A stretch of 55,154 nt of DNA, taken from assembly GCA_030682405.1 (NCBI GenBank), contig JAUXOF010000060.1:1-55154 (forward strand). Reading direction: 5' to 3'. The translations under genes were made by a program, and so were the position numbers. The DNA comes from Thermodesulfovibrionales bacterium (GTDB lineage: Bacteria; Nitrospirota; Thermodesulfovibrionia; Thermodesulfovibrionales; JdFR-86). The notes beneath the pieces were generated by a model. The model was not told the origin of the DNA, did no database searches, and worked only from the letters and a program-made list of their open reading frames with translations. Positions 27,901 to 37,899 of the stretch are shown here, one piece after another (the stretch's first letter is position 1; every line of letters begins with the position of its first letter).

Positions 27901-28716
27901 TCAAATATTCTTATCCCCTCCGGCAGGCACTCCCATTTTACCGCTTCTGAACCCCTCAAGGTCAAGGGAAACGAACCTGTAGCCCAGAGACTTTAATTCC
28001 CTGACTATAGACCCCCTCACCTCAGGGTCGAGCGCACGGGCGATATCCTTTTCAGGAATCTCAATCCGGGCCTCATCCCCCAGATGCCTGACCCTCAGCT
28101 CCCTAAGCCCCAGAGTCTTTAGAAACCTCTCCGCCTGAGACACCCTCCTTAAGGCGCCCGCGGTTATCCTGACGCCGTAGGGGAACCGAGAACCTAAACA
28201 CGGGGAGGAGGGCTTATCCCATGTCGGCAGGCCCATGCGCTTTGACTCTTTCCGTATCTCCTGCTTTGTAAAACCCGCCTCCTGAAGGGGGCTTCTCACT
28301 CCGTGCCTGATGCCCGCGTCCCTGCCCGGCCGGAAGTCTTCGGTGTCATCCGTAGTGCTTCCGTCTATGACGAAATTATATCCCTCCATTAAGGCTATTG
28401 CCTTGAGCCTGCCAAACAGCATGTCCTTGCAGTGAAAGCACCTCATGGGCGTGTTCCTGAGGAAGTCCTCGTTCTTAAGCTCATCCGTCATTATCACCCT
28501 GTGATCCATGCCGCATCCGGATGCGACCGTGGCCGCATCCCTAAGGTCGTCAAAAGGCATGGTCTCCGAGTCCCCTGTAACCGCAAGGCTTTTTATGCCT
28601 GCAAGCTTTATGACCTTAAGGAGGAATGAGCTGTCAACGCCGCCGGAGTACGCAAGCACGGCGCTCCCCATGTCCCTGAGGATTCCCGAAAGCCTATCCA
28701 GTTTTCTTTTCTCCAT
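27901..28716 (-). CDS. larE: ATP-dependent sacrificial sulfur transferase LarE
   Basis: AYSGGVDS, RCFHCK, DFRPG, PSSPCLGSRFPYG; start adjusted to ATG 28716. Confidence 0.92.
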   Translation of the reverse strand: MEKRKLDRLSGILRDMGSAVLAYSGGVDSSFLLKVIKLAGIKSLAVTGDSETMPFDDLRDAATVASGCGMDHRVIMTDELKNEDFLRNTPMRCFHCKDMLFGRLKAIALMEGYNFVIDGSTTDDTEDFRPGRDAGIRHGVRSPLQEAGFTKQEIRKESKRMGLPTWDKPSSPCLGSRFPYGVRITAGALRRVSQAERFLKTLGLRELRVRHLGDEARIEIPEKDIARALDPEVRGSIVRELKSLGYRFVSLDLEGFRSGKMGVPAGGDKNI

Positions 28717-28751
28717 GCCCCTTTTAAAGCCCTGTATTCGAGTGGCCGCGC

Positions 28752-30266
28752 CTACAAGCTCGAAATCTCGTAGTTTTCCTGATGCAGGGAGTGGTCCTCG
28801 GTAACTATAATCTTCACCCTGCACTGGGCCTCAAGCTCCTCAAGCCCCGGCCTCTCCTCGTCCGAGAGAAGCTCAGCCACAACCGGGTGAGCCCTTATGA
28901 TTATCTTCTGGCCTCTGGGTGAGGCCATCTTTCTAATCTTACGGAATATCTCATAGCAGAGAGTGAGCGGGGACTTCACAAAGCCCTTGCCTTCGCAGTA
29001 AGGACACTGCTCGCTCAGAATCCTGCCGATGCTCTCCCTTACGCGCTTCCTCGTCATCTGTATGAGCCCAAGCTCGGATATCTGGGAGATGGTGTTTTTG
29101 GCCCTGTCCTTGGACATCGCATCGGTGAAGGCATGCAGCACCTTCTGCCTGTTTTCATGCCTCTCCATGTCTATGAAGTCTATGATGATAATGCCGCCGA
29201 GGTTCCTGAGCCTTATCTGGTAAGCTATCTCTTTTACGGCCTCAAGGTTTGTCTTTAAAATAGTATCCTCAAGGTCTTCCTTGCCCACGAACTTGCCGGT
29301 GTTTACGTCTATTACGGTCATGGCCTCGGTCTGGTCGGTAACTATGTAGCCGCCTGATTTAAGCCAGACCCTTCTTCCGAGGGCCCTCGATATGTCTACC
29401 TCTATCCCGTAGGCGTCGAATATGGGCTCCTCCCCTTCGTAACGCTGTATCTTGTCTATCAGCTTCGGGAAGTAGGCGTTGACAAAGTCCCTGATGCCCT
29501 CATACTCGGCAGGGGAATCCACGACCAGCGCTTCGACGTCCTGCCCCATAAGGTCCCTTACGCTTCTGAGTATGATGTCAAGGTCGCTGTAAAGAAGGGC
29601 AGGGGCAATCGCCTTTTCCCTCTTGCCCTGTATGTTCTCCCATACCCGCACGAGAAATTCGAGGTCGCTTCTCAGTTCCTCGGTAGAGGCGCCCTCGCTT
29701 ACTGTCCTCACTATCAGGCCGAAGCCCTTCTGCCGTATCTCCTCGACAATGGCCTTAAGCCGCGCCCTCTCCCCGTCGTTCTCTATCCTTCTGGAGACGC
29801 CTACATGCTCCACATTCGGCATCAGGACGAGGTAGCGGCCCGGAATGGTCACATACGATGTGACCCTTGCGCCTTTTGTGCCGATGGGGTCCTTTGCCAC
29901 CTGCACGAGGAGGTCCTGCCCCTCCTGAAGTAGCTCGTCTATGTGGAGGTCATGCCTGCCCATAATCCTGTTCCTGGGAGCCGGCAGCTCGAGGGCCTCA
30001 TTTTCCTCTTCAAAGAACTGGGAGAAATCGTCCACAATGTCCGTCCTTATATCTCCCACGTAGAGGAAGGCCGATTTCTCAAGCCCGATATCCACAAATG
30101 CCGAGCGCATGCCCGGCAGTATCTTTACGACCTTTCCCTTATAGATGTTGCTTACGCTGCTTTGGTCCCTCTTTCTCTCTACGTAGACCTCAACCACCTG
30201 CCCGCCCTCAAGCAGGGCAACCCTCGTCTCCTGCCTCGTGACGTTTATAAGTATGGCGTTTGTCAT
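28752..30266 (-). CDS. rng: Ribonuclease G (Rne/Rng family)
   Basis: S1 domain, IDVNTG, LRNLGGIIIIDFIDM, CPYC. Confidence 0.96.
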   Translation of the reverse strand: MTNAILINVTRQETRVALLEGGQVVEVYVERKRDQSSVSNIYKGKVVKILPGMRSAFVDIGLEKSAFLYVGDIRTDIVDDFSQFFEEENEALELPAPRNRIMGRHDLHIDELLQEGQDLLVQVAKDPIGTKGARVTSYVTIPGRYLVLMPNVEHVGVSRRIENDGERARLKAIVEEIRQKGFGLIVRTVSEGASTEELRSDLEFLVRVWENIQGKREKAIAPALLYSDLDIILRSVRDLMGQDVEALVVDSPAEYEGIRDFVNAYFPKLIDKIQRYEGEEPIFDAYGIEVDISRALGRRVWLKSGGYIVTDQTEAMTVIDVNTGKFVGKEDLEDTILKTNLEAVKEIAYQIRLRNLGGIIIIDFIDMERHENRQKVLHAFTDAMSKDRAKNTISQISELGLIQMTRKRVRESIGRILSEQCPYCEGKGFVKSPLTLCYEIFRKIRKMASPRGQKIIIRAHPVVAELLSDEERPGLEELEAQCRVKIIVTEDHSLHQENYEISSL

Positions 30267-32728
30267 CCGGCAGCCGCCATGTTGAGGTTGAGTCCGCTTT
30301 CAATCCCTATAGGCATGAGCCACTGCTCCTTGAACCCGTACATCGCAACCCTCCTTACCTCAAGCCCGGAGGCAGGCACGCCGAAGAGCTCTCTGAGAAC
30401 CTCATCGAGCCTCACCTTCTTCATGCCGGTATCCCCCAGAATTATGTTCACCCTCGCACCCCCATCCGCCTCTTCCGCCTGTTCCACCAGTTCCCATAGC
30501 CCGGAGGGCGCTTGGCCCATCCGCTCTTTCCTTTGGCGGAAATAAAGCAGCTCTTTTTCATCAGGGCATATTATCTCATATTCGTACCTCGATATAAAGC
30601 TCTGAAGCGACGGCTCGCCCGGCCTTACCGGAACGATTCTTGCAATGCCGACGCCTTCTTTGAGCTTTGAATTTATGGCCTCGGCAAGCGCCTCAAGGTC
30701 ATATGCGGCCATCACCTCCATGTCAAAGTACTCCCTCAGGCCCGAAACCCCCACATTAAGCGGAGGGCCGAAGGCAAGCCTCGGCGCAGGATGAAAGCCT
30801 TTTGAGTAATGAAGCCTTATGCCCGCCCTCCTTAATGCACGGGCAAAGAGGTTCATAACCTCCCTGTGCGAAAGATAGCAGAGGGCGCCGGTCTTTGAGA
30901 ACTCGGCCCTGAGCTTAAGAGGCCTCTCCAGAGGGGCGCCGGGCGGAACCGGCTGAGCGCCCGTGGCCGGCCTTCTCCTTAAAACAGCGGCATCTTGCTC
31001 CCCTACCGGCTTGGCCTCAGGACACCCAAGCCCGCAGCCCGCACACGCCTTCCGGCAGTCCTCGGTTATGACCGCCTTCCGCGCCGACTCGAATTCCTCC
31101 TTTAGAAATCTCTTCTCTATGCCTATGTCTATTTTATCCCACGGAAGCGCCTCGTCCGTCCCGTACTCCCTCATCGCATATGCCGCCGCATCCACGCCTG
31201 TCTTTTCCATCGCCCTCTGCCAGAGTTCAAAATCAAAGCACTCGGTCCATGCGTCAAGCCTTGAGCCTGCCTCATGGGCGGCCAGAAGAAGTGCGGAGAG
31301 TTTTTCGTCCCCGCGGGCGAATGCGGCCTCAAGCATGCTCATGCGCTCGTCATGCCCTTTGATGTTTATCCCCCTCATCGCGCCCCTGAGATAATCCTTC
31401 TTCCGCTTCATCTCACCGGTAGCAGCTTGGGCGCACCACTGAAAAGGCGTGTGGGGCTTGGGCACAAACGGCGAGACTGAGACATTGATGTTTACGAACC
31501 TCTTTGTGTAGGTCTTTGCGATTTTAAGTGCCTTCATCGCCATTTTAGGTATGGCCTCTATGTCCTCCTCAGTCTCGGTCGGAAGGCCTATCATATAGTA
31601 GAGCTTAAGGGTGTGCCACCCTTCCTTAAACAGCGACTGAACGGCCTGCTCGTAATCCTCTTCCCTGAAGTCCTTGTTTATCACCGTCCTGAGCCTCTCG
31701 GTTGCGGCCTCTGGTGCAATCGTAAACCCTGTCTTCCTTACGGACTTTATCTCCCTCAGTATCCCTTCGCTGACTGCCTTGACCCTCAGAGAAGGCAGCG
31801 AGACCGAGACCCTCTCCTCTCGAAACCTCCTGTTGAACTCCCTTAAAAGCGGGATGAGCGGGCCGTAATCTCCCGCGCTTAAGGACGTAAACGAGACCTC
31901 CTCGTACCCCGTTGCCTTAAGAGAAACCTCGGCTATCTCAAGCGCCCTCTCAGGAGACCTCTCCCTTACGGGCCTATAAATCATACCGGCCTGACAGTAC
32001 CTGCAACCCATAGAGCAGCCGCGGGATACCTCCACATTGACCCTGTCGTGCACAATCTGGGCGTAGGGAACTACCGGGGCCAGGGGATAAGGGGCATCGT
32101 CAAGTGAGCTTATAAACCGTCTCTTTGCGCCGGATGAGACCGAAGGGACATACAACCCCTCTACCCGCACAAGGCCGCGGAGAAGGGATTCCTTCCTGCC
32201 GTCCCCTCCGGTCTTCCACATAGAGACGGTCTCAAGGATTTCCTTTATCGCATCCTCTCCGTCTCCTATCAAAAAGGCGTCCATAAAAGGAGACATCGGC
32301 ATGGGGTTAACGGTGCACGGCCCTCCCGCGATTATCAGGGGGTGTTTCGCCGTCCTTTCTTCCGACATAAGAGGGATACCGCCGAGAGAGAGCATGTTAA
32401 TGACCGATGTAAATGAAAGCTCGTACTGGAGGCTGAAACCCACAACGTCGAAATCCCCAAGCGGCCTTCCAGACTCAAGAGAGCAAAGCCGTAGCCCCTC
32501 CTGCTTCATGTGCCCCTCAAGGTCAATCCACGGATGAAAGACCCTTTCCGCCGAGGCATACGGAAGGTCGTTGATTATCTTATAGAGTATTTTAAGGCCC
32601 AAATGCGACATCCCGATGTCGTAGATGTCCGGAAACGCAAGTGCCACGGAAAGGGTAGAGTCCCTCCTTATTGCGTTGAACTCGTTGTTTATGTACCTGC
32701 TCGGTCTTTCGAAGCGGGAAAGGTTCAC
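30263..32728 (-). CDS. B12-binding radical SAM protein (TIGR03960-type) fused to a TIGR03936-like domain
   Basis: FPDIYDIGMSHLG, CSMGCRYC, APEAATERLR; C-terminal YLSHRE...GFHPAP. Confidence 0.92.
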   Translation of the reverse strand: MNLSRFERPSRYINNEFNAIRRDSTLSVALAFPDIYDIGMSHLGLKILYKIINDLPYASAERVFHPWIDLEGHMKQEGLRLCSLESGRPLGDFDVVGFSLQYELSFTSVINMLSLGGIPLMSEERTAKHPLIIAGGPCTVNPMPMSPFMDAFLIGDGEDAIKEILETVSMWKTGGDGRKESLLRGLVRVEGLYVPSVSSGAKRRFISSLDDAPYPLAPVVPYAQIVHDRVNVEVSRGCSMGCRYCQAGMIYRPVRERSPERALEIAEVSLKATGYEEVSFTSLSAGDYGPLIPLLREFNRRFREERVSVSLPSLRVKAVSEGILREIKSVRKTGFTIAPEAATERLRTVINKDFREEDYEQAVQSLFKEGWHTLKLYYMIGLPTETEEDIEAIPKMAMKALKIAKTYTKRFVNINVSVSPFVPKPHTPFQWCAQAATGEMKRKKDYLRGAMRGINIKGHDERMSMLEAAFARGDEKLSALLLAAHEAGSRLDAWTECFDFELWQRAMEKTGVDAAAYAMREYGTDEALPWDKIDIGIEKRFLKEEFESARKAVITEDCRKACAGCGLGCPEAKPVGEQDAAVLRRRPATGAQPVPPGAPLERPLKLRAEFSKTGALCYLSHREVMNLFARALRRAGIRLHYSKGFHPAPRLAFGPPLNVGVSGLREYFDMEVMAAYDLEALAEAINSKLKEGVGIARIVPVRPGEPSLQSFISRYEYEIICPDEKELLYFRQRKERMGQAPSGLWELVEQAEEADGGARVNIILGDTGMKKVRLDEVLRELFGVPASGLEVRRVAMYGFKEQWLMPIGIESGLNLNMAAAG

Positions 32729-32770
32729 AGTTTTAGAATATCATCCGGCAGTGATATTTGGCAAGGAAGC

Positions 32771-33808
32771 CTAATACACCATCCACTGCTCCGGCAGGAA
32801 GAGCCTCTCGTAGGTCATGAGTGCGAACCTATCGGTCATGCCTGCTATGAAGTCACAGACCATGCGCCTTTTGTTGGGCCTTTGTTCTACCGGTATGTCT
32901 TTAAATACCTCTTCCGGGTGCTCAAGGTAATAGGCGTAGAGGTCAAGGAGTATCTTCTTTGCCTTCCTGAACTCCTGCTTGGCCCTTGCGTTCTCATACA
33001 CCCGCTCGTAAAGGAAGTCCCTGAGCCTGTTGACCTGCCCGTAAACCGCATCGCTCATCCTGAGTTCATTAAGGTCAGTCTTAAGGGATGTGTATATGAA
33101 GTCCCTGACCATTGTGTCTATGCGCCTTGAATGGGTGTCTCCCAGCACTTTTGTTATCTCCGAAGGGATGTCGGACTTTTTTATGACGCCCGCCCTCTGT
33201 GCGTCGTCAAGGTCGTGGTTGAGATACGCTATGATGTCCGAGACCCTGACGACCTGCCCCTCAAGTGTCTCGGCGGCATCGGCCTTGGACAAGGGGATTA
33301 TAAGCCCCTTTCCCTTTGAGTGCTTCAGTATGCCGTCTCTGACCTCACCGGTAAGGTTAAGCCCCCTCCCGTCGTTTTCAAGGAAGTCCACCACCCTCAG
33401 GCTCTGCCTATAGTGCTCAAAGCCTCCGGGATGTATCTCCCTCATCACATCCTCGCCTGCATGGCCGAACGGGGTGTGCCCGAGGTCATGGCCGAGGGCC
33501 ACGGCCTCGGTAAGGTCTTCGTTGAGCCTCAATGCCCTTGCCGCGGTGCGGGCTATCTGGCTTACCTCAAGGACATGCGTAAGCCTCGTCCTATAGTGGT
33601 CTCCCTTTGGGGCAAGGAAAACCTGTGTCTTGTGCTTGAGCCTTCTGAACGACTTAGAGTGTATAATCCTGTCCCTGTCCCTCTGAAAGCACGTCCGTAT
33701 CTCGTCCTCTTTCTCCGGCCTGAGCCTGCCTTTGCTCTTTGAGCTAAGGCGCGCCTTGGGATGAAGGGTTTTTCTTTCTATCTCCTCTGTCTGCTCGCGA
33801 ATGGTCAT
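32771..33808 (-). CDS. dgt: dGTP triphosphohydrolase (HD family)
   Basis: [25 protein letters not shown]. Confidence 0.95.
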   Translation of the reverse strand: MTIREQTEEIERKTLHPKARLSSKSKGRLRPEKEDEIRTCFQRDRDRIIHSKSFRRLKHKTQVFLAPKGDHYRTRLTHVLEVSQIARTAARALRLNEDLTEAVALGHDLGHTPFGHAGEDVMREIHPGGFEHYRQSLRVVDFLENDGRGLNLTGEVRDGILKHSKGKGLIIPLSKADAAETLEGQVVRVSDIIAYLNHDLDDAQRAGVIKKSDIPSEITKVLGDTHSRRIDTMVRDFIYTSLKTDLNELRMSDAVYGQVNRLRDFLYERVYENARAKQEFRKAKKILLDLYAYYLEHPEEVFKDIPVEQRPNKRRMVCDFIAGMTDRFALMTYERLFLPEQWMVY

Positions 33809-33855
33809 GTTATCACCAGTCTGAGTTTAAGTGAAAGGCGGCCTGATTTTCAATA

Positions 33856-34497
33856 TCAAGATATTTTCCTCAGCCTCGGCACAAACCCCGGCACTTCTTT
33901 CATGTACTTCCTGTACTCGTTCCCGAAGCGGCGGATGAGCCTCCTCTGTTCAATAAAAGCCCCAAAGATGAAATACATATCCGACAGGACGCTCACAGTG
34001 AGCCAGTTACGGGTGATTACGGGATTAAAAGAAAATATGATTATCCCGGCAAGATACAGCGGATGCCTTACTATGCCGTAAACCCCTGTTTTTATAAGCC
34101 CCTCTCCTGTCATGCCTTCGGCATCCCCTCCTGCCTGCCCTTTTACAATATACCTCCATGCCTGAGAAAAACCCATAAATTCAAACGGGTTTACGGCGCG
34201 GAGGGAAAGGATGCCTAATATGAAGCCCCCCGACTGGATGGCGTGCATGAGCAGCCTGAGCAGGAACGGGGCTTCATAGAGGGTGACATCAGGGATGCCG
34301 AGTATCAGATACACAGCGCCGAGTGTCGTAAGCGCACTAAAGCATGTGTATAGAAACCTGTAGAACGCCCTGACAAAGCCCCTGCCAAAAATCCTCCCTG
34401 TAAGGGCCTTGACGAAGCCTGCTGCAGAGAGGCTGTGCACAAAGGCAAATGAGAGGAATATGAGGGTTATGAGACCAACCGCTTCATGCCAGCCCAT
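33856..34497 (-). CDS. Isoprenylcysteine carboxyl methyltransferase/NnrU-like membrane protein
   Basis: FAFVHS, YGIVRHPLY, YRKYMKEVP. Confidence 0.85.
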   Translation of the reverse strand: MGWHEAVGLITLIFLSFAFVHSLSAAGFVKALTGRIFGRGFVRAFYRFLYTCFSALTTLGAVYLILGIPDVTLYEAPFLLRLLMHAIQSGGFILGILSLRAVNPFEFMGFSQAWRYIVKGQAGGDAEGMTGEGLIKTGVYGIVRHPLYLAGIIIFSFNPVITRNWLTVSVLSDMYFIFGAFIEQRRLIRRFGNEYRKYMKEVPGFVPRLRKIS

Positions 34498-34505
34498 GCC
34501 GGTTG

Positions 34506-35129
34506 TCAGGCCTTCGCCTTTTTGGCCAATGCCCTTAACTTCTTCGTTACAGCAGGGGATGCCAATGACTTAAGCAGCCTCTCCTTGAGCTTTTTGTCCT
34601 TAATCCCGGAGACGGCTCCGGCCCTCAATTTTCCGAGCGAGCCAAGATACGTGCCGAAAATATCCGGATAAAGAGTCTCAAGCTCCATCCTTATCGTCTT
34701 TGCCATGGCAGGGCTTGTGCCTGAGGTGGAGACTGCAATTACAAGCGGCCCTCTCCGGACTGTGGAAGGCACTATGAAGCTGCAAAGAGAAGGCGTGTCC
34801 ACGACATTGACAGGGGTATTTCCGGCATCGGATGAAACCCTCTTGTTCTCCTCATAAGAGTCCGTGGCCGCTATGACAAGGAACGCCCCCCTGAGGTCCG
34901 ATTTCCTGTAAGGCCGGCTTATGTGCCTGAACCTGCCTTTTGTTTTTTCCTTCTGGAGATTTACGCTCAGCCCGGGGCTTATGACCCTGACGGAAGCCCC
35001 AGCCTTAAGCAGGGCCATGACCTTTCTTCCGGCAACCCTGCCTCCGCCGACGACAACGCAGTCCCTGCCCTTGAGGTCAAGGAATACGGGATAGTAGCAG
35101 TTATTTGTCACTTTCCTTTGGCGCGGCAA
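34506..35129 (-). CDS. Precorrin-2 dehydrogenase / sirohydrochlorin ferrochelatase (SirC/Met8-like)
   Basis: YPVFLDL, VVGGGRVA, NVVD, STSGTSP. Confidence 0.93.
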   Translation of the reverse strand: MPRQRKVTNNCYYPVFLDLKGRDCVVVGGGRVAGRKVMALLKAGASVRVISPGLSVNLQKEKTKGRFRHISRPYRKSDLRGAFLVIAATDSYEENKRVSSDAGNTPVNVVDTPSLCSFIVPSTVRRGPLVIAVSTSGTSPAMAKTIRMELETLYPDIFGTYLGSLGKLRAGAVSGIKDKKLKERLLKSLASPAVTKKLRALAKKAKA

Positions 35130-35868
35130 AGGCCTTTTTCGCCTCCTCCAATGCCTTGCTTTCCGGGTATTTTTCGGAAAGGAGCTTCATGTACCCGTCC
35201 GCCTTTTCCCCCTCGCCGAGTTCCCTGTATGAAACCGCAATGCGGTATAGGGCATCAGCCTCCTTTTTATATTCAGGGAATTGCTCAAGCAGCCCCAGAA
35301 ACCTTCCGAGCGCCCCTTTATATACCTTCTTCTTGAAATAAAAATTGCCGACCATGAACTCGTAGTCCGCCATTATATCCCTGCACCTTTGCATCTTCGG
35401 CGCCACGTCCTCTGCATACGGGTTCCTCGGGTGCTTCCGCATGAGGGCCTCAAACTCCGCAAGGGCCTTCACAGTAGCGGCATACCCCCTTTCCATGTCT
35501 TCTATCTGGCCGTAGTAGACCATGGCGATTTGGTACTGGGCGTAAGGCGCAAACTTGTAATCGGGATAAAGCTCAAGAAAGGCCCTGAACTCTTCAACCG
35601 CAAGGTCGGACTCCTCCTCCTTAAGATACGAATCCCCTATCCTGAGTGCGGCAAGCGGGCCGTAGACCCCCATTGCATCCTTGCCTTTGACCTCGTTCAG
35701 GAGCTTCCTTGCCTCTTCAAATTTTTTCTTCTCCATGAAATCGTTCGCCTTCGTGTACGCCGCCTCCGGGTCGAAACTGACGGGTTTCACGCCTTTCTTA
35801 GCGCACCCGGCAAAGACAACAATGTGGAGGATAAGCGCGGCATAGGCCAGTAAGCGTAATTTCCTCAT
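35101..35868 (-). CDS. bamD: Outer membrane protein assembly lipoprotein BamD
   Basis: Lipobox FAGC after MRKLR; TPR repeats. The ORF extension to 35979 is judged non-BamD. Confidence 0.92.
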   Translation of the reverse strand: MRKLRLLAYAALILHIVVFAGCAKKGVKPVSFDPEAAYTKANDFMEKKKFEEARKLLNEVKGKDAMGVYGPLAALRIGDSYLKEEESDLAVEEFRAFLELYPDYKFAPYAQYQIAMVYYGQIEDMERGYAATVKALAEFEALMRKHPRNPYAEDVAPKMQRCRDIMADYEFMVGNFYFKKKVYKGALGRFLGLLEQFPEYKKEADALYRIAVSYRELGEGEKADGYMKLLSEKYPESKALEEAKKAFAAPKESDK

Positions 35869-35899
35869 CCTGTTATTAAAGCCTTTCAGAATTGTTTTC

Positions 35900-36067
35900 G
35901 TCAAGGACACCCCGCCGTCCCTCATCTCCCTGATCCTGCCGTTTACTTTTCTCTCCATTTTGCGGTATCTTTTCCCCATAGAAAGCGACCTCCTTTTGAT
36001 TTGTTTTCAGCGAATCATTTTAATCGGGGGTCGCTTCCTACTTCAACAACTTACAGGGACATCATCC
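35900..36067 (-). mobile_element. IS256-like left-end remnant with a truncated transposase start
   Basis: GGATGATGTCCC...GTTGAAGTAGGAAG repeat (36067-36034), an SD-sequestering hairpin (AAGCGACC...GGTCGCTT), then MGKRYRKMERKVNGRIREMR. The family call is recall-based. Confidence 0.5.
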
Positions 36068-37351
36068 ATGACCTGAGAGCGAGAAACGTTGAAAGTTCTC
36101 CTTATCAAGCTCGTTATCTATCTTCATTAAAGGCTCCGGCTCAAGATTAAAGAGAAAAGCTACGCCGAAAATATTCATTATAAAAGGCGTGCCCGGATTT
36201 AATATAAAATGAGTTCCTTCTATATGACCGCAGGGAGTGCATTGCTTGCTAATAAAAAGATTGTTTGGAAAAGAACGTTTGCCAAGAATGAAATCTCGTG
36301 CGGTATCGTATCTGCAATCTAACGCCATAGGCAGACCATTGCGTATGCAGATTATTCCTAGTGCAATTTTATAAAGAGACCGCCCCAGAAGCTTAGGGTC
36401 GAATTTCTTTCTGCCTTGCATAGATAATGTGCCTCTAACATGTTCACCGGTTTCTTCCATGTTGAGTCCAAACTTAGGATTATTCTGCTTGATTATTATT
36501 TCCCTTGGACTAATTTTCTCAATAGCCATGTTCTGATACCGTGCTGTCAGAAATTTACCCGTCTTAGGATTGTAAGGTAGAACCAATGTCCTTAAGAAAG
36601 ATATAATGTCGTGTTCTACTAACTGCTGGTCTAATTCTGAAAGGACACCATTGTTACAATTATCACATACTTGACCTGGCGGAAGGATTACTTCAGTATT
36701 TCCCAAAGACTCGGGATAAACATGTTCTTCAGATTTAAAGCTTCCAGTTTTAGTTAAGCAATATATGCACTGATGAGATTTGACATTGTTGGGCTCTGGA
36801 ATGTGCTTCGTTTTTTCAGCTTCTCTTATAATGTTGTATAAATACTCACATAACTTGTAGACATCAAAGCAGTATGAATAAAATGCATATATCATATATT
36901 GAGGAATTATAAGATATCCGTGAAGGTCTTTAATTCTATTAGCTTCAATTTCTTTCTCGTCAAAAAACTCACCCTTAGAGTAAATAAGGTAAAAGTCCAG
37001 TCCACGTAATCGTTCGCCAGTTTTCTTGAGCTCTAATAGTATTGGCCCCGTTTCTAACAATTGAACTTCTTTATCGAAAAGTTCCTTATCCGATGAAGGA
37101 ATGAAACCATTTTCGAGTAAGAGAGTAGCAATATCTTTATAATTCAATCTGCTTCCTGGATCAGCTAATGGTTTAATGACTGTAGCAAAACGTGCAATTT
37201 CGTGTTTCGGGGGAAGCCGCAAATTTATATTCGCGCCCTTATTAATTTCGAAATTGAAACTAAAGCCAATGTCTTTCTTGGGCATAGCTTCAACCGCACT
37301 TCTCACAAGATGAAATTGGTTCTTGAATTTTTTTAATTTATCCCAATCCAT
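36062..37351 (-). CDS. HNH endonuclease (HNH_5-like) fused to an unknown N-terminal helical domain
   Basis: CIYC...EHVYPESLGN...VCDNCNN; AT-rich. Confidence 0.85.
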   Translation of the reverse strand: MDWDKLKKFKNQFHLVRSAVEAMPKKDIGFSFNFEINKGANINLRLPPKHEIARFATVIKPLADPGSRLNYKDIATLLLENGFIPSSDKELFDKEVQLLETGPILLELKKTGERLRGLDFYLIYSKGEFFDEKEIEANRIKDLHGYLIIPQYMIYAFYSYCFDVYKLCEYLYNIIREAEKTKHIPEPNNVKSHQCIYCLTKTGSFKSEEHVYPESLGNTEVILPPGQVCDNCNNGVLSELDQQLVEHDIISFLRTLVLPYNPKTGKFLTARYQNMAIEKISPREIIIKQNNPKFGLNMEETGEHVRGTLSMQGRKKFDPKLLGRSLYKIALGIICIRNGLPMALDCRYDTARDFILGKRSFPNNLFISKQCTPCGHIEGTHFILNPGTPFIMNIFGVAFLFNLEPEPLMKIDNELDKENFQRFSLSGHG

Positions 37352-37377
37352 TTGATAATTCCTTCTTACGAGCGTTT

Positions 37378-37486
37378 GGATGTTGTCCCTTCTTTTCGTT
37401 GAAGTAGGAAGGACTCCGGCCTGCCTGTGCGATGCACGCAGACAGGTTACATTATACTAAGCCGCCTCCTTCCTGTCAGGAGATTT
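37378..37486 (-). mobile_element. IS256-like right-end remnant with outward promoter (copy 2)
   Basis: 34-bp inverted repeat partner of 36034-36067 (27/34). Minus strand has CTGACA-N17-TATAAT and encodes ...DRKEAA*. Homologous to 2602-2697. Confidence 0.6.
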
Positions 37487-37528
37487 TTTGCTGCAACCGC
37501 CCGCGAATAGATTCATCCACAGGTCTCT

Positions 37529-37855
37529 TCACCCTCTTTTCCTGAAGACCTTCATGCCCGGCATAACGAGTTCAAGCCCGTTCATGAGACGCTGGGGTAT
37601 GGTCTCGGCCTCTCCGAGCACAAGGCAGCCGTTTTTGGAAAGGCAACCGGAGAGGTATTTCAAAACCCTTTCGTTGAGTTCCCGCTCGAAGTATATGAGG
37701 ACATTACGGCAGAGGATAAGATGATAATCCGAAAATATCCCCTCCCTCGGAGGAGTGCGGCTTGCAAGGTCGTGGTATATGAATGTCACCATAGACCGTA
37801 TCTCGTCCTTAAGCCTGCAAGCATCGCCATTTTACCTGATAAAATATTTATCCAT
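37529..37855 (-). pseudogene. cheR: CheR methyltransferase C-terminal fragment
   Basis: ILCRNVLIYF and LVLGEAE motifs. In-frame TAA at 37832-37834 within DKYFIR*NGD...LKDEIRSMVTF. N-terminal part absent. Confidence 0.8.
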
Positions 37856-37899
37856 CGGGCATATTCGTCTCCCCGCAGGCATCTTCGTCTCCCCGGTCG

